From the NCBI GenBank assembly GCA_046758745.1, contig JBHIAV010000002.1, positions 32,001-96,000 of the forward strand: a stretch of 64,000 bases of DNA. The letters are read 5' to 3'. Positions 62,050-64,000 of this stretch are shown here, piece after piece. The first letter of the stretch is position 1. Every line of letters starts with the position of its first letter. This stretch comes from Gemmatimonadota bacterium. GTDB lineage: Bacteria > Gemmatimonadota > Gemmatimonadetes > Palauibacterales > Palauibacteraceae. Under the pieces are notes generated by a model. It saw nothing but the letters and a program-made list of their open reading frames with translations. It did not search any database and was not told the DNA's origin. A program made the translations under genes and the position numbers.

Positions 62050-62129
62050 CCGGCGGGTCTCATCTCCATCGGAAGGCACCGACCGGTGAAGGCGCCGCTT
62101 CGCTCGCGGCGCGGCCCGCCCGGCATCTC

Positions 62130-63623
62130 ATGAATCTTCATCTGGACGAGATCAGGCACCGAATCGAGCGGCTGCGCAGGGCGCTCCGGGAGGAGGAGCT
62201 CTCCGCGCGGCGGGAAGGTGCCGGCGCGCTGGCTCTGGCGCCGCTGTACGGGGCCCACCGGCTTCTCGCGCATCCGGATGCCATTCCGACCATCGAGCGC
62301 GAGCTCGCCGAGGCAGAAGGGGTGGAGGAGGAGCGTCTGCGTCGAACCCTCGAGTGGGCCGCCGAGCATCACGTCCGTCGTGCCGGCGCGCCGCTCGACG
62401 ATGAGTACGCGCAGTGGGAAGGCTCCGCCACCATAACCGTCGGCTCGAGGGAGATTCCCTTTCAGGGCGCAACCGCCGCGGTCGCGGAGACCGAGGACCG
62501 CTGCGCTCGTCGACAGCTCGAGGAGGCAAGGCTTTCCCGGCTCGAAGAAGTCATCCCGCTTCAGCTCGATCGACTTGACCGGTGGCGGGGGGCGATCGAG
62601 GAGCTCGGCTACGGGGGGCCGGTCGAGGCGTGGGAGCGTGTGACCGGTTGCGGCCTCGCCGGTCTCCTGCAGGAGGCGAGGCGGATCGTTCGGGATACTG
62701 AAGAGGTTTACTGGGACCAGCTCCGCTTCCATCTCGAGCGTCGGCTTGGAGTCCCGGTGGCCGCGGCGGAAGCGCACGACGCGCGACGCCTGCACCGGCT
62801 TCCGTGGTTCGACCGCGACCTTGGGACTGCGCCGCTTCTGGGCGCTGTGCGCGCGGACCTGGCCTCCCTCGGCGTGCCGCTGGAGGCCGAAGGGCGGGTC
62901 GAGCTCTCGGTCACCGCCAGGCCGCGGCCGGGGGACCGCTCCGTCTGTGTCCCGCTTGAGGTGCCGGAGCGAATCGTCCTTCTGTTGACCCCCGGGCCGA
63001 GCCATGGGGATCGATCGGCGCTCCTCGCCGCGATCGGTCGCGCCCTTCACGCCGCCTACACCGCGCCGGAGCTCCCGTTCGAGTACCGGGTGCTCGGCGA
63101 TCCGGCCGTCGCGTATGCACACGCGTCGAGCTTCGCGCAGCTGCTCCTCACACCGACCTGGGTGCGCAGAGCCGGGGGGGTGGAGGAGGCAAGAGCCCGC
63201 GAGTACGTGCGCATGGCGGCCTTCCTGGACCTGGCCGAGCTACGGAGCCGGGCGGTACGCCTCGAGTTCGGGCTCGAGCTTCGACAGAGCGAGCACCCCG
63301 CCGACCTGGGTGCCAGGTGGGCCGAGCTTCACGAGGTTTCGAGCGGTTTCCGTGGCGACCCGCGGGGTTATCTGGAGATGCTCGATGCATGGTTCGAGGA
63401 GGCGCGGTGGCTGCGCGGCCGCATGCTGAGTGCCCTCCTGCTGCGTCGCCTTCGCGACCGCTACGATGAGGACTGGTTCCGCAACCCACGGGCGGGTCAC
63501 GAGCTGCGCGGATGGTTCGAGGAAGGGACCCTGCGGGACGCGGCGCACCTCGCCGCCCGTCTGGATGCGCCCCGGCTGGACGCCGAGGCTCTCCTCGAGT
63601 CTGTCGTGGAGCGCCTGGAGTAG
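62130..63623 (+). CDS. M3/M32-peptidase-like protein with degenerate zinc site
   Basis: RSVCVPLEVPERIVL, LPFEYRVLGD and DEDWFRNPRAG match my recollection of M3-like proteins, but the HExxH position reads LLAAIGRALH. Confidence 0.55.
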   Translation: MNLHLDEIRHRIERLRRALREEELSARREGAGALALAPLYGAHRLLAHPDAIPTIERELAEAEGVEEERLRRTLEWAAEHHVRRAGAPLDDEYAQWEGSATITVGSREIPFQGATAAVAETEDRCARRQLEEARLSRLEEVIPLQLDRLDRWRGAIEELGYGGPVEAWERVTGCGLAGLLQEARRIVRDTEEVYWDQLRFHLERRLGVPVAAAEAHDARRLHRLPWFDRDLGTAPLLGAVRADLASLGVPLEAEGRVELSVTARPRPGDRSVCVPLEVPERIVLLLTPGPSHGDRSALLAAIGRALHAAYTAPELPFEYRVLGDPAVAYAHASSFAQLLLTPTWVRRAGGVEEARAREYVRMAAFLDLAELRSRAVRLEFGLELRQSEHPADLGARWAELHEVSSGFRGDPRGYLEMLDAWFEEARWLRGRMLSALLLRRLRDRYDEDWFRNPRAGHELRGWFEEGTLRDAAHLAARLDAPRLDAEALLESVVERLE

Positions 63624-63628
63624 AGGGA

Positions 63629-64000
63629 GTGGGCAACCTTCGGCCGCCGCTCCACACCGGGCACCTCGCCCTCGCACGGGCGCACCGGGGAGCTTCTCGG
63701 GCCCGGCTTCGGCTCGCGGTCGGGCTCGTCCTGGCCATGGGGCCGGTCTTCGCGGGCCCGGCCGTCGGACAGCCTGCCGGCTCCGTATCGCAGCCCGCAC
63801 TACTCACGCCGGCGGAGAGAACCCGCTACCTGGCATTCACGCGGCTCGAGGAGATGGGGTCGTTTCTCGAGCGGCTCGCCGCCCTCTCGCCGGCCGTCAC
63901 GGTGGAGCCCGCGGCGACGATCGCAGAGGGAGAGCACGGGCGCCCGATCCTCCTCGTCACCCTCCGCGACCCCGAAGCGGCGCCGTCGGCTGCCGGGCGA
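63629..64000 (+). CDS. Secreted protein, probably the N-terminus of an M14 carboxypeptidase (runs off the window edge)
   Basis: Not in the ORF track. GTG at 63629, signal peptide, then LLTPAERTRYLAFTRLEEMGSFLERLAALSPAV...HGRPILLVTL. Confidence 0.55.
   Translation, partial: MGNLRPPLHTGHLALARAHRGASRARLRLAVGLVLAMGPVFAGPAVGQPAGSVSQPALLTPAERTRYLAFTRLEEMGSFLERLAALSPAVTVEPAATIAEGEHGRPILLVTLRDPEAAPSAAGR

Overview
A GC-rich bacterial chromosomal window. Gene content suggests Gemmatimonadota (inference only). It is densely coding, with no rRNA, tRNA, CRISPR or mobile element seen. Housekeeping genes include carB, glyQS, trpE, menG/ubiE, tdk, dinB, tnaA, tupABC, glycerate kinase and several peptidases. 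The main candidate for an undescribed system is a c-di-GMP signalling locus at about 20.2-27.9 kb. It encodes (i) a diguanylate cyclase whose sensor is a ferredoxin plus an [FeFe]-hydrogenase-like domain that has lost the H-cluster cysteines, (ii) a translationally coupled hypothetical protein, (iii) an unannotated 31-aa peptide, MLLISTNWLARLF-(GGTVRW)x3, with a textbook Shine-Dalgarno and only synonymous differences between repeats, (iv) a multi-TM HD-GYP phosphodiesterase, and (v) a convergent BTAD-ATPase-TPR regulator. The peptide, the HD-GYP gene and the TPR half of the regulator are visibly lower in GC than the rest of the window. Other notable items: a probable ceramide operon (spt, bCerS, cerR, Aur1-like PAP2); a LuxE/LuxC pair without luxAB; a UxxC peroxiredoxin-like selenoprotein with a SECIS-like hairpin, missed by the ORF track; a lipoprotein with 12 NPC motifs upstream of a pentaheme cytochrome c, preceded by a promoter-terminator unit that may be an sRNA or attenuator; and an orphan MetS-like small membrane protein after tnaA. 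All calls come from reading motifs by eye; no database searches were run.
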